From the NCBI RefSeq assembly GCF_900625095.1, contig NZ_LR130760.1:1455665-1479664 (forward strand): DNA of 24,000 nucleotides, written 5' to 3'. The DNA comes from Acinetobacter ihumii (lineage in GTDB: Bacteria; Pseudomonadota; Gammaproteobacteria; Pseudomonadales; Moraxellaceae). The notes under the pieces were generated by a model. That model saw only the letters and a list, made by a program, of their open reading frames with translations, was not told the origin of the DNA and made no database searches. This document shows, piece after piece, positions 1 to 8,666 of the stretch; position 1 is the first letter of the stretch; each line of letters opens with the position of its first letter. The translations under genes and the position numbers were made by a program.

Positions 1-710
1 ACCGTTCCGTCAGTTAAAATGGTATTAAAACTATTCGGCAACCCTTTGTGTAAACGATAGGAAGTCGCTGTTCCTGCGTGGATATCATACACAGGATGAT
101 CAACATTTAATCTATAAATTTGAGTTAAATCATAAACGGCAGTTTTGTGTAAATGTCCATGCAACACTCCAAACAAGCCGCTTTTGCTCCAGTTATCCAA
201 CGCCATTCTGCCTAAGACTGGGCAATCTTTAATACCATGCGGATCATCTGGTGGTGTATAAAAAGGTTGATGCAAAGCGACCAGTTTCAATTTTTCTGAA
301 GATGCCTGTTTTAAAATTTCATTGGTTTTTTGGATTTGTTCCAAAGAGATATAACCACGAGTGTGGTAGCGACGTCGAATACTATTCACCCCCACAATAA
401 AATAATGTTCTGTTTCTAAAGTCGGCTCTAACTCGCCAAAGAAAAACTGATAACGCGCAAATGGAGAGAAAAAACGATTCCATAAATTATAAAGCGAAAT
501 ATCGTGATTGCCCGGAACGACCAAATACGGAATGCGCAGTGAATCCAGAAATTGCTTACAATTATAAAATTCAACAAAGCGCGCCCGTTGAGTCAAATCA
601 CCACTAATCACCATTACTTCAGGCTGATGTTGCAAACAAAAGTTCTCAATTGCACTCAAACATGCTTGTTTTTCTGTTCCAAAATGCAGATCAGACAGAT
701 GTAGAAGCAT
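1..710 (-). CDS. Calcineurin-like metallophosphoesterase, partial (C-terminus lies beyond the window edge)
   Basis: Not in the supplied ORF track because no stop falls inside the window. The reverse-strand frame is open from ATG 710..708 down to position 3; I checked every in-frame plus-strand triplet for tta/cta/tca. Translation starts MLLHLSDLHFGTEKQ. It carries the family motifs DxH (SDLHFG), GD (VISGDLT), GNHD (VVPGNHD) and GHxH (LHGHLH). The start overlaps the stop of the upstream gene by 20 nt. Confidence 0.8.
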   Translation of the reverse strand, partial: MLLHLSDLHFGTEKQACLSAIENFCLQHQPEVMVISGDLTQRARFVEFYNCKQFLDSLRIPYLVVPGNHDISLYNLWNRFFSPFARYQFFFGELEPTLETEHYFIVGVNSIRRRYHTRGYISLEQIQKTNEILKQASSEKLKLVALHQPFYTPPDDPHGIKDCPVLGRMALDNWSKSGLFGVLHGHLHKTAVYDLTQIYRLNVDHPVYDIHAGTATSYRLHKGLPNSFNTILTDGT

Positions 711-1629
711 GAGCTGGTACCATAATATTTAAAGCATTTTTTTCCACAGAAAATGTAAGTGGTGTCGCTAGTTCTTCAATTTCCCCATCAATCGCAACCG
801 TCAGTTTTTTACTTTTGGAATCCACCACAACTCGATCTGCGCTAAAACTATATACATCTTTTGCTTGTTCAAGCTCACCTTTAATCAGTTGAAATAACAT
901 TTTGAATAAACTTAATTTATCACTTTTGGCAACCACCACACCTGCGACATGCCCTTCGGCTGCACATTCTGCAATCTTGAGATTCATCTCTTGCAATTGA
1001 AGCTGATTATTACCAAAAAAAATCAATGGTGTTTTCACTGGATAAACATGATCATCCACTGTAATTGAAAGTTTGAGCTCTTTATGATCCCGAATCAGAA
1101 CATCCAAACCCGATGTATAGGCATTTAGTGTCAAGCGCCCGAGTTTTTGATTATACAATTCACGCTTTTGAATAAATAAGGGATAAAGTCCAAGACTGGC
1201 ATTATTGAGATAAATTCGGTCATTAATTTTAGCCACATGCACAGAATGAGGCTTCCCCGTTGCGATCACTTCTGCTGCTTGTAATAAATCCTGTGGAATA
1301 TTCAACACTCGAGCCACATAGTTAAAAGTACCCAAGGGTAAAATCCCCATCACCGCAGTGGTGTTTTTTAATTTGGATGCAACGGCGTTGAGTGTACCAT
1401 CACCCCCTGCCGCGACAATCACACCGCTATTGTCCTGATCTTGATGGCGACTCAACACTTGCTGCATAAATGCATCAAAATTATCATCTGCCCCAAGTTC
1501 AAAAACCTGTATTTCAAAATCATGTTGAGTAAATATAGTCATGATCTGCTCATACACGCCTTCTTTATTGCTTGCATGAAAACCCGATTTTTCATTATAA
1601 ATAATAGATAAAGGTCTGAGTTTTGCCAT
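691..1629 (-). CDS. Diacylglycerol-kinase-family lipid kinase (YegS/BmrU-like)
   Basis: 312-aa ORF with the DAGK catalytic-domain signatures AAGGDGTLN and GILPLGTFNY. Specific substrate unknown. Confidence 0.85.
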   Translation of the reverse strand: MAKLRPLSIIYNEKSGFHASNKEGVYEQIMTIFTQHDFEIQVFELGADDNFDAFMQQVLSRHQDQDNSGVIVAAGGDGTLNAVASKLKNTTAVMGILPLGTFNYVARVLNIPQDLLQAAEVIATGKPHSVHVAKINDRIYLNNASLGLYPLFIQKRELYNQKLGRLTLNAYTSGLDVLIRDHKELKLSITVDDHVYPVKTPLIFFGNNQLQLQEMNLKIAECAAEGHVAGVVVAKSDKLSLFKMLFQLIKGELEQAKDVYSFSADRVVVDSKSKKLTVAIDGEIEELATPLTFSVEKNALNIMVPAHASTSV

Positions 1630-2026
1630 TTTCTATGCTTTAGGTATAAGTATTAAAACTATTTTTGGGCAATAACTAGTCAATTAAAAGAACCTTTATG
1701 TAAAATTCAAATGGAGAGCATTTATTTAATCAATAATAATACTCAACACGATTCAAAGCATTACCATTTGATTTTAAATTAAATTTTTAAAAAAAATACC
1801 ATATATTTATGAATTAAATACAAATAAATTACGCTTATAAAACATGCTATCACACTGATTTTAATTAGTTAATTTATAAAAAAACGCTCAAAAAGTGATT
1901 TATTCTTTGGTCTTATTTTTTTTTTCAATTTGTGCTTTAATATCGCCACTTTTTTACTTCATCACACTAGTTGTATCACAACCAAGTGCGATTTGTACTT
2001 TGTACGTTTTTTAAATAGGCCTCACC

Positions 2027-3856
2027 ATGACCCAAGTGAACGCACCAGAATTCGTTCGTCATCCTAAGCTTATTGCATGGGTTGAAGAAATTGCAAAATT
2101 AACCAAACCTGCAAAAATCGAGTGGTGTGACGGTAGCGAAGAAGAATATCAACGTCTGATTGACCTGATGATCGCCAACGGCACAATGCAAGCACTCAAT
2201 CAAGAAAAACATCCAGGTTCATATCTTGCAAATTCTGATCCTTCTGACGTTGCCCGCGTTGAAGACCGTACCTTCATCTGTTCTGAAAAACAAGAAGATG
2301 CAGGCGCGACAAATAACTGGGAAGCACCAGCAGCAATGCGCGAGAAGCTCAACGGTTTATTTGACGGTGCTATGCAAGGTCGTACCATGTATGTGGTTCC
2401 ATTTTCAATGGGTCCATTAGGTAGTCACATTGCCCAGATTGGTATCGAGTTAACCGATTCTCCATATGTTGCAGTCAGCATGCGTAAAATGGCACGTATG
2501 GGCAAGGCGGTTTATGACGTCTTAGGCACAGATGGCGAATACGTACCATGTGTTCACACTGTGGGTGCACCGCTTGCTGAAGGCGAAAAAGATGTTGTAT
2601 GGCCATGCAACGCTGAAAAATATATTGTTCATTACCCAGAAACTCGTGAAATCTGGTCATTTGGTTCAGGTTACGGCGGTAACGCACTTCTTGGTAAAAA
2701 GTGTTTAGCACTTCGTATCGCTTCTGCCATGGGTCGCGAGCAAGGCTGGTTAGCTGAACACATGCTCATTCTAGGTGTAACCAACCCACAAGGTGAAAAA
2801 CACTACATCGCAGCAGCATTCCCTTCTGCTTGTGGTAAAACTAACTTTGCTATGTTGATTCCGCCAGCAGGCTATGAAGGCTGGAAAATCGAAACCGTAG
2901 GTGATGACATCGCTTGGATCAAACCGGGTGAAGATGGTCGTCTGTATGCCATCAACCCAGAGGCTGGTTTCTTCGGTGTTGCACCGGGTACAAATACCAA
3001 AACCAACCCAAACTGTATGGCAACTTTGCATAAAGATGTCATTTATACCAACGTCGCTGTCACTGATAATGGTGAAGTATGGTGGGAAGGTCTTTCTAAA
3101 GAAGTTCCTGCAAACCTAACTAACTGGAAAGGTCAACCGCACGTAGCTGGTGAAAAAGCTGCACATCCAAATGCGCGTTTCACAGTTGCCGCAGGTCAAT
3201 GTCCTTCTATTGATGCTGACTGGGAAAATCCAGCGGGTGTTCCAATTTCTGCCTTCATCTTTGGTGGTCGTCGTGCAGATACTGTGCCTTTGGTTTCAGA
3301 AGCATTTGACTGGGTAGATGGTGTTTATAAAGCAGCGACCATGGGTTCAGAAACAACAGCTGCGGCAGTCGGTCAACAAGGTGTGGTACGTCGTGACCCA
3401 TTTGCAATGTTACCATTTACAGGTTACAACATGGCAGACTACTTCCAGCATTGGTTAGAAGTCGGTCAACAAGTCGGTGAAAAAGCAGAAGCTGCGGGTA
3501 ATAAATTACCAAAAATCTTCAATGTAAACTGGTTCCGTCGTGATGCTGAAGGTAACTTTGTATGGCCTGGTTTTGGTCAAAACATGCGTGTACTTGAGTG
3601 GATGATTGACCGTGTTGAAGGTCGTGCCAATGCCGTTGAAACACCAATTGGTTACGTTCCAACTTATGATGATCTAAACTGGGCAGGTACCGATTTTTCT
3701 AAAGAAGAATTTGATCTGATCACTGCACAAGACAAAGATCAGTGGATTACTGAAATCGAAAGCCATACAGAATTGTTCAATAAACTGGGCGATCGTTTAC
3801 CACAAGCATTAAAAGAACGCCAAGAAGCGTTGTTAAATGCAGTTAAAACGTCATAA
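2027..3856 (+). CDS. pckG: Phosphoenolpyruvate carboxykinase (GTP)
   Basis: 609-aa ORF of typical GTP-PEPCK length, with the kinase-1a P-loop FPSACGKTN and a conserved [14 protein letters not shown] block. Confidence 0.95.
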   Translation: MTQVNAPEFVRHPKLIAWVEEIAKLTKPAKIEWCDGSEEEYQRLIDLMIANGTMQALNQEKHPGSYLANSDPSDVARVEDRTFICSEKQEDAGATNNWEAPAAMREKLNGLFDGAMQGRTMYVVPFSMGPLGSHIAQIGIELTDSPYVAVSMRKMARMGKAVYDVLGTDGEYVPCVHTVGAPLAEGEKDVVWPCNAEKYIVHYPETREIWSFGSGYGGNALLGKKCLALRIASAMGREQGWLAEHMLILGVTNPQGEKHYIAAAFPSACGKTNFAMLIPPAGYEGWKIETVGDDIAWIKPGEDGRLYAINPEAGFFGVAPGTNTKTNPNCMATLHKDVIYTNVAVTDNGEVWWEGLSKEVPANLTNWKGQPHVAGEKAAHPNARFTVAAGQCPSIDADWENPAGVPISAFIFGGRRADTVPLVSEAFDWVDGVYKAATMGSETTAAAVGQQGVVRRDPFAMLPFTGYNMADYFQHWLEVGQQVGEKAEAAGNKLPKIFNVNWFRRDAEGNFVWPGFGQNMRVLEWMIDRVEGRANAVETPIGYVPTYDDLNWAGTDFSKEEFDLITAQDKDQWITEIESHTELFNKLGDRLPQALKERQEALLNAVKTS

Positions 3857-3871
3857 TTGACGTTTTAGTGT

Positions 3872-3902
3872 AAAAAAGACCGCTACTTAAGCGGTCTTTT
3901 TT
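3872..3902. terminator. Bidirectional intrinsic terminator between convergent pckG and glpD
   Basis: Stem 3874-3883 (aaaagaccgc) pairs with 3891-3900 (gcggtctttt) around a 7-nt loop. An A-run lies upstream and a T-run downstream, so a U-tract exists on both strands. A second perfect 9-bp hairpin (3845-3853 / 3858-3866, loop taat) encloses the pckG stop codon. Confidence 0.7.
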
Positions 3903-3912
3903 CTTTATGGTT

Positions 3913-5433
3913 TTAAGCAATCTTACTTTGCTGATGACCCAAAACATCTTGAAGATAATCATTTAGTGACTCAACTTCATTATTGTTAAATTTTAAGCCT
4001 AATTTGCTTCGTCTCCACAAAATATCATCTACCGATTGTGCCCATTCCACTTCGATTAGATAGTCAACTTCACATTGATAAAGACCATAACCAAAATTTA
4101 TACCAAAATCATCCAAAGAGTGAACTTCTCTCAATAACTGCCAGACACGAGTGCCATAACTACTCGCCCAGCGCGTTGCGATATCAAGTGGAATGTTTTT
4201 AATTCTTAACTGAATGCCGCGGATTAATCCATCTAAACTTTTAAAATACTCACCTCCGGGTAAAGGCTCATGCTCGGTCCACTGTGCCTGCAACTCAGGA
4301 AAATAAACACTTAACTCATCCAGTGCCGATTCTGCAAGTTTACGATAGGTCGTCAATTTCCCACCAAATACCGATAACAATGGTACCGTCTCATGGATCA
4401 ACGTCATCGCCAAGGTATAATCGCGAGTTACTGCTGAAGGTTGATCAGATTCATCGTCACACAAAGGTCTTACCCCTGAGAAAGTTTCAATAATATCTGC
4501 TTGCGTGAGAGTATGTTCAAAATGCAAATTGACCACTGCCAGCAAATATTCAATTTCATCCTGTGTGATGTCGACCTGCTGTAAATCTCCTTGATAAATT
4601 CGATCTGTAGTTCCAATGAGCGTGTATTCATTTAAATAAGGAATGGTAAACACAATTCGCCGATCTTCATTTTGTAAAATATAGGCATAATCTCCATCAT
4701 AAAGCTTAGGCACAATCAAATGACTGCCCTGTATTTGGCGAATTTTATAAGGCGATTTGAGTTTTAATGTCTCATTGACAAAATGTTCAACCCACGGTCC
4801 TGCCGCATTGACCAGTGCCTTTGCACGGATTTGATACTGGTTTTGTGATTGTTTTAAAGTTAATCGCCAAGCATTATTTACAACTTCTGCGGCAATGCAT
4901 TCTGTACGTGTGACCAGTTCTGCCCCTTTTTCTCTGGCCTGAATCGCATTTAAAATGACCAGACGTGCATCATCCACCGCACAGTCAGAATATTCAAAGC
5001 CCAATACGATATCCTGTTTTAATGGGCTTTGAGCATCGAAGAGTAACCGTTTGGATGCAGGCAGTTTTTCTCGTTTACCCAAATAATCATATAGAAACAA
5101 ACCTGAACGGATGAGCCACGCAGAGCGTAAATGTGGACGATGCGGTAAAACAAAACGCAAAGGACGAATAATATGAGGTGCTTTTACCATTAAAACTTCG
5201 CGTTCAGCAAGTGCTTCTCGCACTAAACGAAATTCAAAATGCTCCAAATAACGTAATCCACCATGAATTAATTTGCTACTGGCCGATGAAGTATGACTTG
5301 CAAAGTCATCCTTCTCACACAAAAAGACCGATAATCCGCGTCCAGCAGCATCATTGGCAATGCCTACACCATTAATACCACCGCCAATGACTGCCAGATC
5401 ATAAAGAGGAAGCTCATCTAAATCAGATAACAT
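3913..5433 (-). CDS. glpD: Aerobic glycerol-3-phosphate dehydrogenase (FAD-dependent)
   Basis: 506-aa ORF with an N-terminal FAD fold (DLAVIGGGINGVGIANDAAGRGLSV). GlpD-like length and C-terminal domain. SD gaggag lies upstream of the ATG. Confidence 0.93.
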   Translation of the reverse strand: MLSDLDELPLYDLAVIGGGINGVGIANDAAGRGLSVFLCEKDDFASHTSSASSKLIHGGLRYLEHFEFRLVREALAEREVLMVKAPHIIRPLRFVLPHRPHLRSAWLIRSGLFLYDYLGKREKLPASKRLLFDAQSPLKQDIVLGFEYSDCAVDDARLVILNAIQAREKGAELVTRTECIAAEVVNNAWRLTLKQSQNQYQIRAKALVNAAGPWVEHFVNETLKLKSPYKIRQIQGSHLIVPKLYDGDYAYILQNEDRRIVFTIPYLNEYTLIGTTDRIYQGDLQQVDITQDEIEYLLAVVNLHFEHTLTQADIIETFSGVRPLCDDESDQPSAVTRDYTLAMTLIHETVPLLSVFGGKLTTYRKLAESALDELSVYFPELQAQWTEHEPLPGGEYFKSLDGLIRGIQLRIKNIPLDIATRWASSYGTRVWQLLREVHSLDDFGINFGYGLYQCEVDYLIEVEWAQSVDDILWRRSKLGLKFNNNEVESLNDYLQDVLGHQQSKIA

Positions 5434-5670
5434 CTTTTCACTCCTCTTTTATTGTTATTAGGCTCATGTTCACCAATTTTTAAAATAGCAAATTTAGCAG
5501 CAAACTAAAAGTTTTGTTTTTCGCCAAAATATGTATTTTTGATGTTGTTTATTTGGTTTTAAAGTTAATACAATTTTATCGTTTGTTTCGTTTTACATAA
5601 GCTTAAAATATCAAATAAGCCTTTTAGATTTTTATGATTGATTTAAATATATATGACAAGGAATAAACGC

Positions 5671-6099
5671 ATGAAAACAACATTATTATTTTTACTTTCA
5701 GGAACGGTGATGATCTTGACTGCCTGTCAAAGTACACCGCGCCAATATAACGGTAATACAGGTTATCAAATTGAGAATAAAACAGCATCTTCTGCAACTT
5801 TAGCCTACACGCTTGCAGGACGTTCCAATCAGGAACTGGATGAACGTAAATTACAACGCGCTTGCCAACAGGTCCTAGGCACAACACAAAACTATAAATT
5901 ATCAATTTTAAGTGTAAATGAAATTGCAAATCCCGCTGCCAACCAATCAACACATGATGCCTTACAAGTTGGTAATTCACGGATGTCTGTCGGACTTATG
6001 GATTCCCCTAGCTTAAATAACAGCGAAGGCTATGCAACCCGTCAAGCCCTAGACAGTAAGCCAAGTACACTGAAAGTTGTACGCTATACCTGCTCATAA
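5671..6099 (+). CDS. Putative lipoprotein, unknown function
   Basis: The ORF track starts at 5653. I prefer ATG 5671, which is preceded by aagga at 5658-5662. MKTTLLFLLSGTVMILTAC gives a signal peptide with lipobox L-T-A-C. No recognisable domain. Confidence 0.7.
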   Translation: MKTTLLFLLSGTVMILTACQSTPRQYNGNTGYQIENKTASSATLAYTLAGRSNQELDERKLQRACQQVLGTTQNYKLSILSVNEIANPAANQSTHDALQVGNSRMSVGLMDSPSLNNSEGYATRQALDSKPSTLKVVRYTCS

Positions 6100-6121
6100 T
6101 ATTAAGTCATCATCCACTAAG

Positions 6122-6149
6122 AAAAAACGCTGTAAATTTACGGCGTTTT
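6122..6149. terminator. Bidirectional hairpin terminator between the lipoprotein gene and the methyltransferase gene
   Basis: Stem 6124-6134 (aaaacgctgta) pairs with 6139-6149 (tacggcgtttt): 11 bp with one G.U and loop aatt. A-run on the left and T-run on the right. It overlaps the stop codon of the minus-strand gene. Confidence 0.6.
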
Positions 6150-6806
6150 ATAAAAGCTCACATTGCGAAACTCTTTGGCTTCATCCAGATCCGGCCATGT
6201 GGTGGCACTGCGCTCATCAATCTTCATGTATTGCGGATGACTAAAATTCTTCACTCGACTGTCTGCCACCCACACCTCTGGAGCAAATTTAAGAAATTCA
6301 TCCAGAAAGAAACGATTAGATTGATCATATAAAACATCGGCAGCCAGTAATATATCGACTTGTTCTGCTTTGTATAGATCATCTAAATATTCAAGCTCAA
6401 CATGATTTAGCAACGCATTTTCACGGCAAGCATCCAGACTGACCTGATCAATATCACAACAAATCACGCGCTTGGCACCTGCCATTTTCGCTGCAATCGC
6501 AACCACCCCAGAGCCTGCACCAAAATCTAAAACCACTTTATCTTTGACATGCTGCGGTTCTGCCAGTAACCATTGCGCCATCGCCAGACCCGATGCCCAA
6601 CAAAAAATCCAGTAAGGCGTGTCATTCCAAATCCGCCGTATGACTTCATCATCCAGACGATCCGTTGGAAACACAGGTGGAATTAACCAAAGTGAAATGG
6701 GCGTTTCAGGTAACTGCTGTGCGGTTAATTCGCAGTTCGGAATCACGTCATGCAAAGCACTGTGCAAATGCGCTGGGGCTTTAGAAAATTGAAAAGTATG
6801 ATTCAT
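6138..6806 (-). CDS. Class I SAM-dependent methyltransferase (PrmA/protein-lysine-MTase-like)
   Basis: SAM-binding motif I VLDFGAGSGVVAIAA, followed by the acidic CCDID loop. The track starts at a TTG (6812). ATG 6806 (MNHTFQF), with aagg upstream, is more plausible. Substrate unknown. Confidence 0.8.
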   Translation of the reverse strand: MNHTFQFSKAPAHLHSALHDVIPNCELTAQQLPETPISLWLIPPVFPTDRLDDEVIRRIWNDTPYWIFCWASGLAMAQWLLAEPQHVKDKVVLDFGAGSGVVAIAAKMAGAKRVICCDIDQVSLDACRENALLNHVELEYLDDLYKAEQVDILLAADVLYDQSNRFFLDEFLKFAPEVWVADSRVKNFSHPQYMKIDERSATTWPDLDEAKEFRNVSFYKTP

Positions 6807-6971
6807 GGTCAAACCTTACATGTAAAATCTTGATCAGATTTTAAAAACCCTGCCGATGCTCGACCTAATCATCACAATTGTCCGAGCAAAATTCGAATAT
6901 ATTAAAAAAGTTTCTGTAAAACTTCGGCTCAAACACGTCCAGATATCGAACCCTACGATGAAAAAGGTTTG

Positions 6972-6999
6972 GGTTACTTTTACCAAAACAAAAGTAACC
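6972..6999 (-). terminator. Hairpin downstream of folD (possible terminator)
   Basis: Perfect 10-bp inverted repeat ggttactttt / aaaagtaacc with an 8-nt loop. On the minus strand a T5 run follows only after a 6-nt gap, so confidence is modest. Confidence 0.4.
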
Positions 7000-7066
7000 G
7001 AGCAGCTTGCTGTTTCACTCGCTCAAACAACAAGACTCACTGCGTATTTTCAGACCCGTTCAATGT

Positions 7067-7915
7067 TTAAGCTAAAGCTTTTTCAGCCGCTTCAACAGTT
7101 TGACGAATTAAAGTAGTAATGGTCATTGGTCCGACACCACCTGGTACAGGCGTATAAGCCGATGCAATGTCTTCGATGCCCTTCAATTGAATATCGCCTA
7201 CACCACCACCTTCACGTGGATGAAAACCTGCATCAACCACAACAGCGCCCGCTTTAATCCAGTCTTTTTGAATCAGCTCAGCCTTACCGACCGCCCCTAC
7301 AATAATATCAGCCTGTTTGACAAACTCAGCTAAATTCTGCGTACGTGAATGGCAAATGGTCACCGTCGCATTGGCTTCAAGTAACATGGCAGCCATTGGC
7401 TTACCTAAAATTGCAGAGCGACCAACGACAACAGCATGTTTACCTGCAATTTCGATGTTGTTTTCTTTAAGAATGGTCATGATGCCCGCAGGTGTTGCAG
7501 AACCATAAGCCGCTTCCCCCATCGCCATACGACCATAACCCAAACAGGTCACACCATCGACATCTTTAGCCAAAGAAATTGCATCGAAGCACGCACGCTC
7601 ATCAATTTGTGCAGGAACAGGATGCTGTAACAAAATTCCATGTACATCTGGATTGGCATTGAGTTTTTCAATTTCAGCCAAAAGCTGCTCAGTGGTCGTT
7701 TCTTGTACTAATTCAATTTTTAGCGAATCCATACCTACGCGACGACAAGCATTCCCTTTCATACGGACATAAGTCGCAGACGCGCCATCATCTCCCACTA
7801 AAATTGTCGCCAAAATAGGGGTACGACCTGATTTTGCTTTTAACGCTTCTACGCGCTTAAGCAAGTCAGCTTCAATTTGTTTTGCCAATGCACGACCATC
7901 AAGAACCAATGCCAC
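7067..7915 (-). CDS. folD: Bifunctional methylenetetrahydrofolate dehydrogenase / methenyl-THF cyclohydrolase
   Basis: FolD-like throughout ([47 protein letters not shown]). I place the start at GTG 7915..7913, 6 nt after ggaga, giving MALVLDG and 282 aa. The upstream ATG 7945 lacks an SD. Confidence 0.93.
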   Translation of the reverse strand: MALVLDGRALAKQIEADLLKRVEALKAKSGRTPILATILVGDDGASATYVRMKGNACRRVGMDSLKIELVQETTTEQLLAEIEKLNANPDVHGILLQHPVPAQIDERACFDAISLAKDVDGVTCLGYGRMAMGEAAYGSATPAGIMTILKENNIEIAGKHAVVVGRSAILGKPMAAMLLEANATVTICHSRTQNLAEFVKQADIIVGAVGKAELIQKDWIKAGAVVVDAGFHPREGGGVGDIQLKGIEDIASAYTPVPGGVGPMTITTLIRQTVEAAEKALA

Positions 7916-8068
7916 AGCACATCTCCAAAGTAGATATGAATTCAATTTTGCAAATGATACATGATAATTGAGTCAATTTTATTTTAGATGTTGTTTTTCT
8001 GCGCATATTCGCTGAAATCACTATTGTTTTTTTTCTGAAGCTTGCTAATATGTGCATCACCAAATGAT

Positions 8069-8142
8069 GGCGGGGTGGCAGAGTGGTCATGCAGCGGACT
8101 GCAACTCCGTGTACGCCGGTTCGATTCCGACCTCCGCCTCCA
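8069..8142 (+). tRNA. tRNA-Cys (anticodon GCA)
   Basis: 74 nt. Acceptor GGCGGGG/CTCCGCC (one G.U), anticodon stem GCGGA/TCCGT, loop CTGCAAC, 4-nt variable loop, T-loop TTCGATT, encoded CCA. One C:A mismatch in the T-stem (8116:8130). Confidence 0.88.
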
Positions 8143-8153
8143 AATTTGGTTAA

Positions 8154-8239
8154 GCCCGGGTGGTGAAATAGGTAGACACAGGGGATTTAAAATCCCCCGC
8201 CCACAAAGCGTGCCGGTTCGAGTCCGGCCCCGGGCACCA
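8154..8239 (+). tRNA. tRNA-Leu (anticodon UAA), copy 1
   Basis: 86 nt. Acceptor GCCCGGG/CCCGGGC, anticodon arm GGGGA-TTTAAAA-TCCCC, long variable arm, T-arm GCCGG-TTCGAGT-CCGGC, encoded CCA. Starts 11 nt after tRNA-Cys. Confidence 0.93.
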
Positions 8240-8261
8240 TTTTAAATCAGTTAAAATGGTG
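8235..8261 (+). other. Trailer hairpin pairing the tRNA-Leu 3' end (C-ACCA) with downstream sequence, copy 1
   Basis: caccattttaa (8235-8245) pairs perfectly with ttaaaatggtg (8251-8261), loop atcag. g8234-c8262 adds a 12th pair. Confidence 0.5.
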
Positions 8262-8273
8262 CCAATAAAGAAT

Positions 8274-8294
8274 CCAGCATAAGCTGGTTTTTTT
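8274..8294 (+). terminator. Intrinsic terminator of the tRNA-Cys/tRNA-Leu unit
   Basis: ccagc (8274-8278) / gctgg (8283-8287), loop ataa, followed by T7 (8288-8294). Confidence 0.7.
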
Positions 8295-8317
8295 ATGCCT
8301 TTCATAAACTAAGACCA

Positions 8318-8560
8318 TCAATCTCTCATCGACAGCCATATTCGATTATAACAACGGCTGATTATGTTGGGTGCAATAAAACCCACCAGAGCACAAAGTA
8401 AACTCACTGCTACAATAATACTTAATGAAGCATATGACGTATTCAGATATTTTGCGACGGACAAAGCCACACTAAAACCTAAAATTAGACCCAATACCCC
8501 GTAACAAACTGTGAAAAGCAGCCGATCAATCATCGTCCATCGCTCAATTCTTTTTCTCAT
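8318..8560 (-). CDS. Small membrane protein, unknown function (two predicted TM helices)
   Basis: The ORF track gives 86 aa from a TTG at 8578. The ATGs at 8560 (MRKRIERW) or 8533 (MIDRLLF) are more likely starts. Two hydrophobic stretches: LLFTVCYGVLGLILGFSVALSVA and LSIIVAVSLLCALVGFIAP. No clear SD, so coding status is moderate. Confidence 0.45.
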   Translation of the reverse strand: MRKRIERWTMIDRLLFTVCYGVLGLILGFSVALSVAKYLNTSYASLSIIVAVSLLCALVGFIAPNIISRCYNRIWLSMRD

Positions 8561-8666
8561 TTTGATGATCCAATTCAATATTTCGCCTTACAATAAAGCC
8601 ATGTTATCTTAAACATTGTCACATCTTAAATCATTCATTTAACTCAAAAACAAGCCGTCACCTTCT

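Larger units (their letters stand above)
8154..8297 (+). repeat. Direct repeat unit A (tRNA-Leu + trailer hairpin + terminator + ATG)
   Basis: Aligns by eye with 9904..10048. The 86-nt tRNA is 86/86 identical. The 58-nt trailer differs by 3 single-nt indels and 4 substitutions. Confidence 0.9.

Noticed and set aside
1630-2026. CRP/Vfr-like site or other operator in the 397-bp AT-rich pckG upstream region (direct ATCACA repeats at 1961 and 1975; tttgtac x2 at about 1991-2004)
   Set aside because: The short repeats are expected by chance in very AT-rich DNA. No TGTGA-N6-TCACA dyad is present, and I could not place a convincing -35/-10 pair.
2200-3119. Five short ORFs (62-86 aa) inside pckG, and similar ones inside glpD, folD, folP, carB and the usp genes
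   Set aside because: All are nested in, or antisense to, well-supported long genes and are treated as frame shadows.
5624-5980. 118-aa minus-strand ORF overlapping the lipoprotein gene
   Set aside because: The plus-strand ORF has a convincing SD, signal peptide and lipobox. The minus-strand product is featureless and begins in the glpD promoter region.
6856-7116. 86-aa plus-strand ORF between the methyltransferase gene and folD
   Set aside because: It has no SD, runs into the 3' end of folD on the other strand, and crosses a 10-bp hairpin that is better explained as the folD terminator.
7916-8068. Possible ZTP (pfl) or THF riboswitch in the folD 5' region
   Set aside because: The region is AT-rich and lacks the GC-rich conserved cores and pseudoknot segments expected of those riboswitches. 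It more likely holds the divergent folD and tRNA promoters.
8042-8245. 67-aa plus-strand ORF in the supplied track
   Set aside because: It runs straight through tRNA-Cys and tRNA-Leu. The GC-rich tRNA sequence explains the open frame, so it is not a gene.
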